From contig QIFC01000029.1 of the NCBI GenBank assembly GCA_003228685.1, forward strand, positions 1,759-65,758: a stretch of DNA of 64,000 bases, read 5' to 3'. The translations under genes and the position numbers were made by a program. Numbering within the stretch: position 1 is the stretch's first letter; every line of letters starts with the position of its first letter. This DNA comes from Chloroflexota bacterium (GTDB taxonomy: Bacteria; Chloroflexota; Dehalococcoidia; DSTF01; RBG-16-68-14). Shown here in pieces: positions 1-10,073 of the stretch. A model generated the notes under the pieces. That model worked only from the letters and a program-made list of their open reading frames with translations. It was not told the DNA's origin and did not search any database.

Positions 1-983
1 TTCTCTTGCCGAGAGGCCAGGTCTCGAACCTCTCCGCCGGTCTGCTCGATCAAGTATTCGAAAAACAGGCTGCTCGCTTGGTAGTGGCGAGCGCTGCCGC
101 CCACCTCCTCCCAAGCGTTGAGCTGCGTGTCCGGCCGGTCTAGGAACGCTCCGTACGAACCCGAGCTGCCGCTGACCAATGCCGCGGCGAATTCAGACAG
201 GCCTTCGTTGACCCAGGCGGCTTCGTCGCGGTCCAGTTCAAGGTGGCTCAGGTGCTGGAGTTCATGGGCAAGGATGAAGACATACCTGGGCGAACCGGGC
301 GTCGCGGCCAGCGTATTCGCGTAGATCGTCTCGCGTTGGTTGCTATGCGGCGAGACGGCTCTCGGGTAGGTGTCCGCGTCGCTGACGTAGCCGCCGATGG
401 CCTCGCCGAGGTCAGCATGCAGAATCACGATTCTCCCGTCGCCGTCGACGCCCGGCGTTGGCGGAGGGCCGAACGCAGCCGTCACGACAGGCCAGACTCG
501 ATCCTCGAATGCGGCGACGGCCGCGTCGAGGTCCGCCGGCTCAGGCTCGAAGCCGTCCTCGAAGAAGAAGTAGGCGTGTTCCGACACGGCACGGAGGGAC
601 GCTGAGAGGGTCCGATAGCCCGGCTCGTCCTCAGGGGCAGCGGAGAGGACGAGTACGTCGAATTCCCGCAGGTCGCCGATAGCCGGCTGCGGCAGGTCGA
701 CCGTGCGCGGCACGCCGGCCGTCCCCTCGAAGCGCTGGGCTAGGTCGATCAGGTCGCGGGCAGCGGGCTCGTCCGTCCCAGTAGACAACGGAGCGGCGGT
801 TGCCGTCGGAGCCGGCGTTGGCAGCGGTCCATCGCCGCCCCCGCTACAAGCGAGGCCGACGGCGCCCAACAGGATCGCAAGAGCCGCCCCGACAACGTCG
901 AGGCGGCTCGAACTGCTAAGCCTGGTAGCTCTGTTAGCCAGCGCGCGGATGGGCCTTCTCGTAGACGCGGCGGACGTGCTCAT
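1..983 (-). CDS. Partial CDS (3' end lies beyond the left edge): secreted or lipoprotein-like zinc metallopeptidase of gluzincin type
   Basis: Absent from the ORF track because it runs off the window. I checked by hand most of the reverse frame from 983 down to 1 (1-300 and 600-983 codon by codon, 300-600 by continuous translation) and found no stop. ATG at 983-981. N-terminus is MSTSAASTRRPIRALANRATRLSSSSRLDVVGAALAILLGAVGLACSGGG (signal peptide plus Cys). Contains FILAHELQHL (HExxH encoded at 266-252) followed by WVNEGLSEF, as in MA-clan gluzincins. The start overlaps the recombinase 3' end by 50 nt, so it is uncertain. Confidence 0.5.
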   Translation of the reverse strand, partial: MSTSAASTRRPIRALANRATRLSSSSRLDVVGAALAILLGAVGLACSGGGDGPLPTPAPTATAAPLSTGTDEPAARDLIDLAQRFEGTAGVPRTVDLPQPAIGDLREFDVLVLSAAPEDEPGYRTLSASLRAVSEHAYFFFEDGFEPEPADLDAAVAAFEDRVWPVVTAAFGPPPTPGVDGDGRIVILHADLGEAIGGYVSDADTYPRAVSPHSNQRETIYANTLAATPGSPRYVFILAHELQHLSHLELDRDEAAWVNEGLSEFAAALVSGSSGSYGAFLDRPDTQLNAWEEVGGSARHYQASSLFFEYLIEQTGGEVRDLASRQE

Positions 984-1860
984 CCGTGATGCGCGTATAG
1001 ACCTGGGTTGTCGAGATATTTGCATGCCCAAGTAGCTCTTGAACGTTGCGAAGAGGCGCTCCGCCTCTCAGCATGTGGGTGGCGAAACTGTGTCGCAAGG
1101 AGTGCGGCGTCACGGGGCCTTCGATCTTCGCGTCCTTCGCGTACTGCTTCAGGATGAGCCAGAAGCCCTGCCGCGTAAGACGCTCACCACGACGGTTCAC
1201 GAAGAGAGCGCGCTCGCTCTTGTTCTTCACCATGCGCGTCCTGCCATCGTTCAGATAGACAACCAGCGCTCGTAGCGCCTGCGCGTGGATGGGGACCGCA
1301 CGCTCTTTCGCGCCCTTGCCCATACAGCGCGCCATGGGGCTGCGCTTATCCAGCGAGATGCTATCGAGGTCGAGCGATACCAGCTCGGTGACACGCAGGC
1401 CGGTGGCGTACAGCAGCTCTAGCATCGCCTGATCCCGCAGCGCTTCTGTCGTATTTCGCTTGGCCGGCTGCTCCAGCAACTCGTCCACCTGCTGCACCGT
1501 CAGCGGCCTGGGCAACGTCTTGCCAACGCGGGGCGACTCCAGGCTCTCGGTCGGGTTGGTCTTGATCGCGCCCTCCGCGTGGAGGAACTGGAAGAACGAT
1601 TTCACCGCGGCGACTTTGCGCGCGACGGACGCCCCTGCGTAACGCCGGTTCTTCAGCTCGATAACATAATCGACGATCGTGTCCTTGCCGACCCCTTGCC
1701 ACTCGATCGCGTGGCCGTTGCTGTTTGGGCTGGAACCGTTCCCGTTTTTCAGATAGATATCAAACTGAGACAGATCGTTTCGGTACGCGGCGATGGTGTT
1801 CTCCGATGCTCCTTTTTCGGCGGATAGGAAGTGCAGGAAGTGCCCTATGCGATCATCCAT
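934..1860 (-). CDS. Tyrosine site-specific recombinase, XerC/XerD family
   Basis: C-terminal HSLRHSFATHMLRGGAPLRNVQELLGHANISTTQVYT (R..HxxR..Y catalytic signature). N-terminus MDDRIGHFLHFLSAEKGASENTIAAYRNDL is typical of XerC/D. I placed the start at the internal ATG at 1860 rather than the track's 2133. An AGAGG Shine-Dalgarno (SD) lies upstream. Confidence 0.85.
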   Translation of the reverse strand: MDDRIGHFLHFLSAEKGASENTIAAYRNDLSQFDIYLKNGNGSSPNSNGHAIEWQGVGKDTIVDYVIELKNRRYAGASVARKVAAVKSFFQFLHAEGAIKTNPTESLESPRVGKTLPRPLTVQQVDELLEQPAKRNTTEALRDQAMLELLYATGLRVTELVSLDLDSISLDKRSPMARCMGKGAKERAVPIHAQALRALVVYLNDGRTRMVKNKSERALFVNRRGERLTRQGFWLILKQYAKDAKIEGPVTPHSLRHSFATHMLRGGAPLRNVQELLGHANISTTQVYTRITDEHVRRVYEKAHPRAG

Positions 1861-2296
1861 GACGCAGACGTTACCTCTTTTTGGGTATGGCCGGGGTTGT
1901 TTTTGTGTTCCGGGACTTGTGGGTGACCCCATACTACACGCCGCCATGGGCCTTGTCCAGCGATTGCAAGGCAAAGACATAAATCTTTCCGAGAAACTTT
2001 TCCACAACAGGCCGGATGCCGGATCACAACTGTACAGGCGCGTAGCCGGTAGCCGATCTCGCGCCCGGCCGACCCTGCGCCCGGCCGACCCCCGCGCCGC
2101 CAGCCCGGCCGGCGGCGCTGCCCTGGAGCACACCGACGTTGGCCGGGGCCGGAGCGCCAGATCATTAGCCTGCGCCCCGGGTCGCTGGGCGCATTATGGC
2201 GGCTCGACGGGAGCCGGCGGAGACGGGCAACTTGCCCGAGATACTCACCCCGGCTTGAACTGGCGACACGCGAAAAGCGGTCCGGCGCCTCGTGGC

Positions 2297-2325
2297 TTGA
2301 CAAGTAGTACTAGAACATATATTCT
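2297..2325 (+). promoter_or_regulatory. Sigma70-like promoter (TTGACA-17 nt-TATTCT) overlapped by an SOS/Cheo-box-like imperfect palindrome AGAACATATATTCT
   Basis: TTGACA at 2297-2302, a 17-nt spacer, TATTCT at 2320-2325. GAAC-ATAT-ATTC at 2313-2324 differs by one base from GAAC-N4-GTTC. It sits 40 nt upstream of the ATG at 2365. Confidence 0.4.
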
Positions 2326-2364
2326 GTTTCCCGAAGCGAGGATCCTAGCGAAAGGGCGGGACAG

Positions 2365-3057
2365 ATGACCGACAGCAACTTCGACGCAAGCAAGTACCTG
2401 ACCAAACTCAGTGGCAAGGACTACCTGGAGGTGAAATGGCGACTCCTCTGGCTGCGCACGCTGCATCCGGACGCGGTCATCGAGACCGAGCTGGTGAAGC
2501 ATGGAGCGGGCCTTGCCCTCTTCCGCGCGCGTGTCACCATCCCTGGGGCCGGCTCCGCGACGGGCTGGGGGAGCGAGACGGCCGAGGACTTCGGCGACTT
2601 CATCGAGAAGGCGGAGACGAAGGCGCTGGGGCGAGCCCTGGCCGCGCTAGGCTACGGTACGCAGTTCTGCGAGGACTTCGACTTCACTGCGGAGACCAAG
2701 GAGCCGCGCAAGCGGCGCTCTACCGCCAACGGCCAGCGGACTTCGGCCCCTCAGCGGACGTCGACCGCCCAGCGGTCGGGGCGCCGGGTGGTCGACTCGC
2801 CCGTAGCTCGCAACGGCCTGAAGGTGCTCAAGGACGGCGGCGCTATCGCGACGACGGCGCAGGTCAAGGCGATCTACTCCAGCGCGAGGGATGCCGGAGG
2901 AGACGAGGACACGGTTGAGGGACGCTGTCGGGCGGTCTTCAGCTGCCTGCCCGCGGAGCTGACGAAGCAGCAGGCTTCGGAGTTCATCGACCTGCTTCGC
3001 GAGCCTGGAAGCCGCGCGGAGACCAACGGCCGCCAGGCAGTCGCACAGCCAGCCTAG
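2365..3057 (+). CDS. Rad52/DdrA/Sak-like single-strand annealing protein candidate, with a basic low-complexity linker and a C-terminal helical domain
   Basis: The N-terminal ~110 aa ends in GWGSETAEDFGDFIEKAETKALGRALAALGYGTQF. This matches the Rad52-family pattern (G..G....D...KAA.sDA.KR.a..fGiG). The linker is KEPRKRRSTANGQRTSAPQRTSTAQRSGRR. The coding call is firm; the function call is by motif only. Confidence 0.45.
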   Translation: MTDSNFDASKYLTKLSGKDYLEVKWRLLWLRTLHPDAVIETELVKHGAGLALFRARVTIPGAGSATGWGSETAEDFGDFIEKAETKALGRALAALGYGTQFCEDFDFTAETKEPRKRRSTANGQRTSAPQRTSTAQRSGRRVVDSPVARNGLKVLKDGGAIATTAQVKAIYSSARDAGGDEDTVEGRCRAVFSCLPAELTKQQASEFIDLLREPGSRAETNGRQAVAQPA

Positions 3058-3155
3058 CTCCAGCCTGCCAAGCGGCAGCCTGCCAAGCGGCAGGGGGCGC
3101 GTTAGAGCGCCCTACGCTATGATGGTGCCCGCACACGTTCTGAGGAGGAGGCACC

Positions 3156-4169
3156 ATGGCAGCCAAGATCGGCATCAACGGGTTTGGGCGAATTGGACGG
3201 CAAGTATTCAAGGCGATCCGGGATCGGCACGGCGACAGCTTGGAAGTCGTCGCGATCAACGATCTCGTCGACGCCAAGACCAACGCTCATCTTTTGAAGT
3301 ACGACTCCAACTACGGCCGCTTCAATGGCACAGTTGAACCGGCGGACAGCGCTATCGTCGTCGACGGAACGACGATCCCGACCTTCGCGGAGCGCGACCC
3401 GGGCGAGATCCCCTGGGGGGACGCCGGCGTGGAGCTGGTCATCGAATCCACCGGCCTCTTCACAGACGCCAACCTCGCCCGCGGCCACCTGGGTGATACG
3501 GTGAAAAAGGTGATCATCTCCGCCCCAGCCAAGAACGAAGATATCACCGTCGTTCAGGGAGTGAACGCGGACCAGTACGACCCGGCCAGCCACCACGTCA
3601 TCTCGAATGCGTCCTGCACGACGAACGGCCTTGCGCCAGTCGTGAAGGTGCTGCTCGACAACTTCGGCATCGTGAAAGGGCAGATGACGACCGTCCACGC
3701 CTACACCAACACGCAGCGCGTGCTCGACGTGGCGCACAAGGACCTCCGCGAGGGCCGCGCCGCCGCCCTCAACATCATCCCGTTCACGACCGGCGCGGCG
3801 AAGGCGCTCAAGCTGGTCATACCCGAGATCGAAGGCAAGATCGACGGACTGGCGTACCGCGTCCCGACGCCGACGGTATCGATCGTGGAAGTCGTCTGCC
3901 TGACCGAGCAGGACACTACTCCCGAAAAGATCAACGACGCCATGCGCGACGCAGCATCGGAGCGGATGAAGGGCATCCTCGACGTGATCGACGACCCGGT
4001 CGTCAGCATGGACATGAAAGGTGACGAGCACTCGTCCATCGTCCACGCGCCCGTCACGAACGTCGTGGCAGGAAACCTCGTGAAGGTGGCAGCCTGGTAC
4101 GACAACGAGTGGGGCTACTCCTGCCGCACGGCAGACCTCTGCGCCCTGCTCGCCCGCAAGGGATGGTAG
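3156..4169 (+). CDS. gap: Type I glyceraldehyde-3-phosphate dehydrogenase
   Basis: KIGINGFGRIGRQVF Rossmann start, SNASCTTNGLAP active-site Cys motif, WYDNEWGYS C-terminus. Confidence 0.95.
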   Translation: MAAKIGINGFGRIGRQVFKAIRDRHGDSLEVVAINDLVDAKTNAHLLKYDSNYGRFNGTVEPADSAIVVDGTTIPTFAERDPGEIPWGDAGVELVIESTGLFTDANLARGHLGDTVKKVIISAPAKNEDITVVQGVNADQYDPASHHVISNASCTTNGLAPVVKVLLDNFGIVKGQMTTVHAYTNTQRVLDVAHKDLREGRAAALNIIPFTTGAAKALKLVIPEIEGKIDGLAYRVPTPTVSIVEVVCLTEQDTTPEKINDAMRDAASERMKGILDVIDDPVVSMDMKGDEHSSIVHAPVTNVVAGNLVKVAAWYDNEWGYSCRTADLCALLARKGW

Positions 4170-4633
4170 GAGCCGCGGCCGTTCGGCCGTCCCGGCCGGT
4201 CGCCGCTCTCATTGCGGTCCTCGCTTCGGCGCTCATGCTTCTGGCCAGCGCCTGCTCCGGCAGCAACGAGCCGGCCGGCCCCACATCGACCCCCGCCTCG
4301 CCCGCGAACGGAGAGATCACAGTTGTCTCATTCGAATGGGGCTTCGAGCCGGAGGCGATCGTCCTCCAGCTAGGGCAGGAAGTCTCGCTCACACTGGAAA
4401 ACAACGGCGAGATCCTCCACGACTTCAACGTAGACGATCTTGAGGTCGATGTGATCGAGGAGATGAGTTCCGGCGGCTTCTTCGGCGATGACGACGAGTT
4501 GTTCGTCGGCGCCGACTCGGACGACGTTGGGCTGCTTAGGTTCGTACCGCTAGAAGCAGGCGAGTACGAGTTCTACTGCACAATCGGAAGTCACAGGCAG
4601 CTTGGCATGGAAGGCCGGCTGACTGTCCAATAG
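4163..4633 (+). CDS. Cupredoxin (plastocyanin/azurin-like type 1 copper protein), secreted or lipoprotein-like
   Basis: Signal peptide ending LLASACSG. Candidate copper ligands are H in ILHDFNV and C-x4-H-x4-M in YCTIGSHRQLGM. I chose the internal ATG at 4163 (ATGGTAG overlap with the gap stop). Confidence 0.75.
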   Translation: MVGAAAVRPSRPVAALIAVLASALMLLASACSGSNEPAGPTSTPASPANGEITVVSFEWGFEPEAIVLQLGQEVSLTLENNGEILHDFNVDDLEVDVIEEMSSGGFFGDDDELFVGADSDDVGLLRFVPLEAGEYEFYCTIGSHRQLGMEGRLTVQ

Positions 4634-4767
4634 CCTTCGGGCCGCTGAATCCGCAGCTCGCTTGTGTGATCGCCCATACGGGGTCGCCATCACTGAGCGG
4701 CTAGGCTACGTTGAAACGCGTCACTTATGCGCCGCATTATGGTAGGTGAGTCGGGGCGCGTGGTAGA

Positions 4768-7700
4768 ATGCCATTCGGCTGCTTGCCTATGACCAACCAA
4801 GGCCCATTCGGCAACGAACCAGAGCAACCTCGGCCAGGGCAGACGGCGGAACCGCCACGCGCCCCTACGCTGCCGACTCAGCGAGGCGTGATCCCGCCGC
4901 AGTCCGAAGCCAAGCCGGAGACAGCGGCAACGCCAACTCGACCGGGCATCCCACCACTCCACGTATCAGGACCGGTCCTCATCTACGCCATCCTTGCGGT
5001 CATCCTCGTGTTCGCCGGCCTCCTGCGGCTGACGGCTCTCAACTGGGACGACAACAAGCACCTGCATCCGGACGAGCGGCACATCTCATCGACGCTCGGG
5101 CGGCTGGCGGTTCCCGGCAGCCTGAGCGCTTACTTCGATACCGACACCTCGTCGCTCAACCCCTACAACCGCGAGACGACCAGCTTCGTCTACGGGACCG
5201 CGCCCGTCTTCGCGGCGAAGATCGCCGGCAACCTGAGCGGCCCGCTCGGGTTCGGTGACAGAACTAGCTACGACGCCGTGACGATCGTCGGGCGTTTCCT
5301 CAGCGCGATGGCCGATATCGGCAGCGTGATCTTCGTCTTCCTGATCGCCCGCAAGCTTTTCGGAGCGCGGGCCGGCCTGCTGGGAGCACTCCTCTACACA
5401 TTCTCCGCGCTGCCGATCCAGCACGCACACTTCATGGTCGTCGACCCGTTCGCGACATTCTTCGGCGCTGGGGCGGTCTTCTTTGCGCTGCGCATCGTCA
5501 AGGATGGCCACTGGTCTGACTATGGCTTCGCGGGCCTCATGCTGGGGCTGGCCACGGCCTCGAAGCTCACGATGGTGTCGCTACTGCCGGTCATCATGCT
5601 GGCGGCCGGCATCCGCGCCTGGCCAACGCTCTATCAACTAGGACTCGATTACGTCAGACCAGACCGCGAGAAGCCGGAGACGCCAGCCCAAACAGGCCAC
5701 CCGATCGCCCGGCTCGTGCTTGGCCTAGGCTTGGTCCTGCTGGTGTCGTTCGTCATCTTCCGAGTCGCACAGCCGTACGCGTTCCAAGCGCCCGGCCTGA
5801 GCGACTTCGCCGTCTGGCAGGATGACTTCGACTGCGAGAGCTGCGGCACGTTCACCGAACTGGCGGGGCGAACACTGAACCTGAACGAGCAATTCGTCCT
5901 GGACCAAGCGAACCAGAAGGAGCTGCTTAGCACAGGATCGTGGCCGCCGAACGTCCAGTGGATCGGCAGGACGCCTCTCTTGTACCCAGCCAACCAGATG
6001 CTCCAGTGGGGCATGGGCCCAGCGCTTGGCATTGCCGCCGGACTGGCTGTGCTGTTCTACGCCTGGCGCGCGTTCGCGCGAAAGGAGCTGATCCTGCTGG
6101 TGCCGCTGGCTTGGGTGGCCGGCTACTTCTTCGTGATGGGGACCCAGTTCTCGCTCTACATGCGATATTTCCTGCCGCTCTATCCGATGCTAGCCGCGTT
6201 CGCCGGAGGGTTCCTGCTCGTAGTCTGGTCATGGGCGCAGAAGGGAGAACTGCCCGCGGCCGTGACGCAGCGATTCCAGAACCTCGCTAGACCGGCCGCC
6301 CTGGCGGCCAGGGGCGCCGTGGTCGCCGCCGTCCTGCTGACGGTACTCTGGGGGCTTGCCTACTTCAACATCTACTCTCAGCCCGTCACAAGAGTCGAAG
6401 CGTCGGCCTGGATCTATGCCAACATCCCTGCAGGCGCGACGATCTACGGCGAGCACTGGGACGACGATCTGCCTCTCAGCCTCGCCGGGATCGGGAGCAT
6501 CGGCCAGTACGAGACGGGAAACTTCGAGAACTTCAACATCGATAACAGGGAGAAGGTCGACAAGCTCCTGAGCAACCTCGACGCGGCGGACTACATCATC
6601 CTTGCCAGCGACCGGCTTTCACAGACGATCCCGCGAGCGCCCGCCAACTTCCCCGTAACGACGCGCTACTACGACGCGCTCTTCTCGGGCGAGTTGGGCT
6701 TCGAGCTGGTTGCCAAGTTCACGTCCTACCCAGAAATCTTCGGGATTGCGTTCCCCGACGGCGGCGCTGAGGAGGCGTGGACGGTCTACGACCATCCACC
6801 CGTCCACATCTTCCAGAAGGACGCCTCCGTCTACTCGCGCGACCGAGCGGTGTTCGTGCTGGGGGCCGACGCGTTTACAGACGGCCTCGGTATCCCGCCC
6901 TACCAGGCGGGGACGAACGGCTTGCTCCTGAGACCAGACGACCTGCAGGTGCAGCAGGAAGGCGGCACCTTCAGCAGCATTTTTGATGAGGACAGCGTTC
7001 AGAATAAGTTCCCGCTCTGGACGTGGCTCCTGGTCGTCGAGCTGATCTCACTCGCGGCGCTGCCGATCGGGTTCCTGATCTTCCGCGCCCTGCCCGACCG
7101 CGGCTATCTGCTGTCGAAGCCGCTCGGGTTCCTGGTGCTCGGCTACATCGTCTGGCTGGGCGCGAGCCTGAAGCTCTTCGACTTCAGCCGCACGAGCATC
7201 GGCGTGACGCTGCTGCTCATGCTGCTCGTCTCCGCCGGCGTCGCCTGGCTGACTCGCAATAGCATCCGTGACTTCGTGAAGCAGCACTGGCGCTCCATCC
7301 TCATGTGGGAGGCGCTCTTCCTGGGAGCGTTCCTGCTCTTCTACATGATCCGCATCAGCAACCCGGACCTCTGGCATCCGGCCCGGGGCGGCGAAAAGCC
7401 GATGGACTTCGCCTATCTGAACGCGATCATCCGCAGCACGTCCATGCCGCCCTACGATCCGTGGTTCTCGGGCGGCTATCTCAACTACTACTACTTCGGC
7501 CAGTTCCTCACGGCGACCATGATCAAGTTCACGGGCATTTTGCCTGAGGTTGGCTATAACTTGGCCGTGCCGCTGTTCTTCTCCCTTGCCGTGGGAGCGA
7601 CGTACTCGCTCGTCTACAACATGGCCGAGGGCGCGCGCCGGTTCATCCGCTGGCGCCCATCCGGCGGACGGATCGGACCTGCCGGACCGATCCTCGCGGG

Positions 7701-9816
7701 CTTTGGCGCCGTCTTCCTCGTCATGATCGTGGGAAACCTGGGTGGCATCGACCAATTGATCGCCAACTTCTCCGCGATCTCCCCGTGGCACGTTAACGCC
7801 AACTTGTCGTCGATTATTCCCGGCGTCGACGTGCCCATCCCAATAATCGGCGGAGCGGTCGCGACATTAGGCGGGATGAAGGCGATGTTGATCGATGGCG
7901 CCGACCTCAACCTGCGCACCGACTGGTACTGGGCGCCTAGCCGCATCATCGGGTCGCCGGACGGGCAGACAGCGCCGATCACGGAGTTCCCGTTCTTCAG
8001 CTTCCTCTTCGCCGACCTGCACGCACACATGATGGCGATCCCGTTCGCGATTACGTCGCTCGCCGTGGGCGCGGGTATCATCCTCAACGCGACGAAGTTG
8101 ATGCGAGAGAGCCCGGCGTACCGACAATGGGCCGGCTGGGGCATGGTCGTTGTGCTGGCGCTGGTGATCGGCGCGCTGCGATGGATCAACTCGTGGGATT
8201 ACCTCCCGTTCCTCATCATGGGTATCGTGGCCATCTTGGTCGCGGAACGCTTATCGGAGCGCACCTTCACATGGGCGATGGCAGGGAGGGCTGCGCTGAA
8301 GGCCGGCGCGCTCGTCGTGCTCACGGTCCTTCTCTTCCTGCCGTTCCAGTCCAACTACCAGCTGCCCGCCACGGGCTTCATTCGTCTGCACGAGCGGCAA
8401 ACCACGCCCTTCCACCAGTACCTGGCCCACTTCGGGGTGTTCCTGTTCCTCATTACCGGGTTCGTCTACTTCCTGGTGGCAAGGGGCGTGAAGCTGATGG
8501 GCGGACGCTCATTCCTGACGTCGCTTGCCGGCATCTTCATCGGCCTGACCATCCTGTCCGCGCTGATCGTCGGGCTCATCGGCCCGTTCCTGGACGCCGT
8601 GCCACTCTCGATCACCGTCAACGGCCTCTCCGGGACCGACTTCCTGCGAGATATGTTTGCCGGCATCTTCGCGCCGCTGCCGGGCGGCTCGCCTATCGAA
8701 CCCTCAGTCGACGGCGTGGGCAATCGCTACGCCACGCCCGTTGTGCCGTTCGCGCTCTTCGGACTGTCGCTGATCGTGCTGCTGGGCTGGCTCAGCCTGA
8801 GACGCCGCCCGAATGGGACTACAGCGGTCCAGCTCATGATGCTGGGCATGGTCGCGATGGCGCTGATCCTGAGCTTGGGAGTGGAAGTCGCCGTCCTCAA
8901 CCCGGACATCCAGCGCATGAACACCGTCTTCAAGTTCTACCTGCACGCCTGGATCCTGCTCGCGGTTCCGGCCGCGTTCGGGGCCTGGTACGTGCTCGAT
9001 GTGATCCGGCCAAGTGTGCCGTTCGCCCTATTCGAGGCGAAGCCGGAGCCAGAGCCTGTCCCCGCAGTCCTCACGCCCGCGCCCCAGGTGCCGGTGACAG
9101 CGGCCGAGGGCGAGCCTGAGGCGCCGCCGCTCGTAGCAGCGCCCGCGGCCGCAAGCGGGTTTGGGCTGCGCCTGACGGGCGGCTTGGTAAGACTCTTCGC
9201 GTTCGGAGGCGCCGCGCTCGTGCTCGCGGCACTGGTCTATCCGATCGTGGCCACGCCGCAGCGGGTCCAGGACCGCTTCGAGAACCAGGGCGCGATCAAG
9301 GCGACGACCGACGACGGTTTCGCTTACTTGCTGGGCGCTGAGTACCTGGATGATGGCCGACCGCTACAGCTCGTCGAAGACTATGCCGCCTTCCAGTGGA
9401 TACGCGAAAACGTCGAGGGCTCGCCCACGATCATCGAGGCCGTCACGCCGTCGTATCGCTGGGGCAACCGCTTCGCGATCAACACCGGCCTCCCCGCCGT
9501 GGCCGGCTGGGACTTTCACCAAACACAGCAGCGGGAAGGCCTGTTCTCGATCATCGGCGAGAACCTGATCAGAGCCCGGTTCGCCGAGGTCCAACGCTTC
9601 TACAACACGACCGACGCGATCGAGGCGCAGCTGATCTTGAAGAAGTACGACGTGCGCTACGTGATCGTCGGCGAGCTGGAGCGCATCTACTTCCCAGAGG
9701 GCATCGCCAAGCTGGAGCAGGGCCTCGGCGGCATGCTACGCCTGCGCTTCGATTCCGGCAGCACGCGCATCTACGAAGTCGAAGAGAGCACAACGTTCGT
9801 CGCAACAACCTCTTGA
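4768..9816 (+). CDS. Giant polytopic membrane protein: N-terminal GT-C/GT39 (PMT_2-like) region fused to a DUF2298 / Chlor_Arch_YYY domain
   Basis: 1682 aa with many TM helices. The first-loop motif is [15 protein letters not shown] (a GT-C acidic motif). The diagnostic [14 protein letters not shown] matches the YYY signature of TIGR03662/DUF2298. The start could be 4768 or 4789. Confidence 0.75.
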   Translation: MPFGCLPMTNQGPFGNEPEQPRPGQTAEPPRAPTLPTQRGVIPPQSEAKPETAATPTRPGIPPLHVSGPVLIYAILAVILVFAGLLRLTALNWDDNKHLHPDERHISSTLGRLAVPGSLSAYFDTDTSSLNPYNRETTSFVYGTAPVFAAKIAGNLSGPLGFGDRTSYDAVTIVGRFLSAMADIGSVIFVFLIARKLFGARAGLLGALLYTFSALPIQHAHFMVVDPFATFFGAGAVFFALRIVKDGHWSDYGFAGLMLGLATASKLTMVSLLPVIMLAAGIRAWPTLYQLGLDYVRPDREKPETPAQTGHPIARLVLGLGLVLLVSFVIFRVAQPYAFQAPGLSDFAVWQDDFDCESCGTFTELAGRTLNLNEQFVLDQANQKELLSTGSWPPNVQWIGRTPLLYPANQMLQWGMGPALGIAAGLAVLFYAWRAFARKELILLVPLAWVAGYFFVMGTQFSLYMRYFLPLYPMLAAFAGGFLLVVWSWAQKGELPAAVTQRFQNLARPAALAARGAVVAAVLLTVLWGLAYFNIYSQPVTRVEASAWIYANIPAGATIYGEHWDDDLPLSLAGIGSIGQYETGNFENFNIDNREKVDKLLSNLDAADYIILASDRLSQTIPRAPANFPVTTRYYDALFSGELGFELVAKFTSYPEIFGIAFPDGGAEEAWTVYDHPPVHIFQKDASVYSRDRAVFVLGADAFTDGLGIPPYQAGTNGLLLRPDDLQVQQEGGTFSSIFDEDSVQNKFPLWTWLLVVELISLAALPIGFLIFRALPDRGYLLSKPLGFLVLGYIVWLGASLKLFDFSRTSIGVTLLLMLLVSAGVAWLTRNSIRDFVKQHWRSILMWEALFLGAFLLFYMIRISNPDLWHPARGGEKPMDFAYLNAIIRSTSMPPYDPWFSGGYLNYYYFGQFLTATMIKFTGILPEVGYNLAVPLFFSLAVGATYSLVYNMAEGARRFIRWRPSGGRIGPAGPILAGFGAVFLVMIVGNLGGIDQLIANFSAISPWHVNANLSSIIPGVDVPIPIIGGAVATLGGMKAMLIDGADLNLRTDWYWAPSRIIGSPDGQTAPITEFPFFSFLFADLHAHMMAIPFAITSLAVGAGIILNATKLMRESPAYRQWAGWGMVVVLALVIGALRWINSWDYLPFLIMGIVAILVAERLSERTFTWAMAGRAALKAGALVVLTVLLFLPFQSNYQLPATGFIRLHERQTTPFHQYLAHFGVFLFLITGFVYFLVARGVKLMGGRSFLTSLAGIFIGLTILSALIVGLIGPFLDAVPLSITVNGLSGTDFLRDMFAGIFAPLPGGSPIEPSVDGVGNRYATPVVPFALFGLSLIVLLGWLSLRRRPNGTTAVQLMMLGMVAMALILSLGVEVAVLNPDIQRMNTVFKFYLHAWILLAVPAAFGAWYVLDVIRPSVPFALFEAKPEPEPVPAVLTPAPQVPVTAAEGEPEAPPLVAAPAAASGFGLRLTGGLVRLFAFGGAALVLAALVYPIVATPQRVQDRFENQGAIKATTDDGFAYLLGAEYLDDGRPLQLVEDYAAFQWIRENVEGSPTIIEAVTPSYRWGNRFAINTGLPAVAGWDFHQTQQREGLFSIIGENLIRARFAEVQRFYNTTDAIEAQLILKKYDVRYVIVGELERIYFPEGIAKLEQGLGGMLRLRFDSGSTRIYEVEESTTFVATTS

Positions 9817-9852
9817 CAACGCTCCGCCCTGGAGCTAGCCTGCGAGTACATA

Positions 9853-9970
9853 CGACTAGTGCGGGAGCTGGGGATCCGCCACGGAGGCGGACGGCCCGGC
9901 TGAGAGGTCCCATCCGAGACGGGACGACCGCTAGACCTGATCTGGGTAATGCCAGCGAAGGGATCGACAA
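9853..9970 (+). promoter_or_regulatory. TPP (THI-box) riboswitch
   Basis: Contains the invariant elements GCUGAGAG (about 9898-9905) and ACCUGAUCUGGGUAAUGCCAGCGAAGGGA (about 9934-9962). It lies directly upstream of thiD. A possible promoter, TTGACA (9813-9818)-17 nt-TAGCCT, precedes it. Confidence 0.9.
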
Positions 9971-9978
9971 CTCCTGAC

Positions 9979-10004
9979 GCCGCCGGCAGCCCGGCGGCCG
10001 TTTT
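9979..10004 (+). terminator. Intrinsic terminator hairpin serving as the riboswitch expression platform
   Basis: GCCGCCGG (9979-9986), loop CAGC, CCGGCGGC (9991-9998), then CGTTTTC. It sits between the aptamer and the thiD start. Confidence 0.6.
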
Positions 10005-10073
10005 CATAGTCGAGCCGCCCGCTGCAGAAGAAGCGGCCTCTCCCCAAGAGGCCCGCTCAGGAAGGCCGCACGC

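Noticed and set aside
1861-2133. N-terminal 91-aa extension of the recombinase ORF (the track start is 2133).
   Set aside because: The extension is low-complexity (Arg/Ala/Gly/Pro-rich). The XerC/D-typical N-terminus (MDDRIGHFLHFL...ENTIAAYRNDL) begins at the ATG at 1860, which has an upstream AGAGG.
934-3057. Recombinase plus Rad52-like gene interpreted as a prophage or integrative-element remnant.
   Set aside because: There are no other phage, plasmid or conjugation genes, no flanking tRNA, and no att-like repeats that I could see. The recombinase has housekeeping XerC/D-type termini, and the neighbours are gap and a peptidase.
3117-4046. 309-aa ORF antisense to gap. Similar long antisense or alternate-frame ORFs occur at 9771..11252, 7048..7791, 8127..9119, 17311..18084, 21128..21730, 48976..49800, 51778..52665, 56752..57735, 58105..58884 and 62619..63566.
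   Set aside because: Each lies fully inside a gene with clear family motifs on the other strand or frame. Their products are Arg/Gly/Pro/Asp-rich and lack recognisable motifs. This is typical of stop-codon-poor frames in high-GC DNA.
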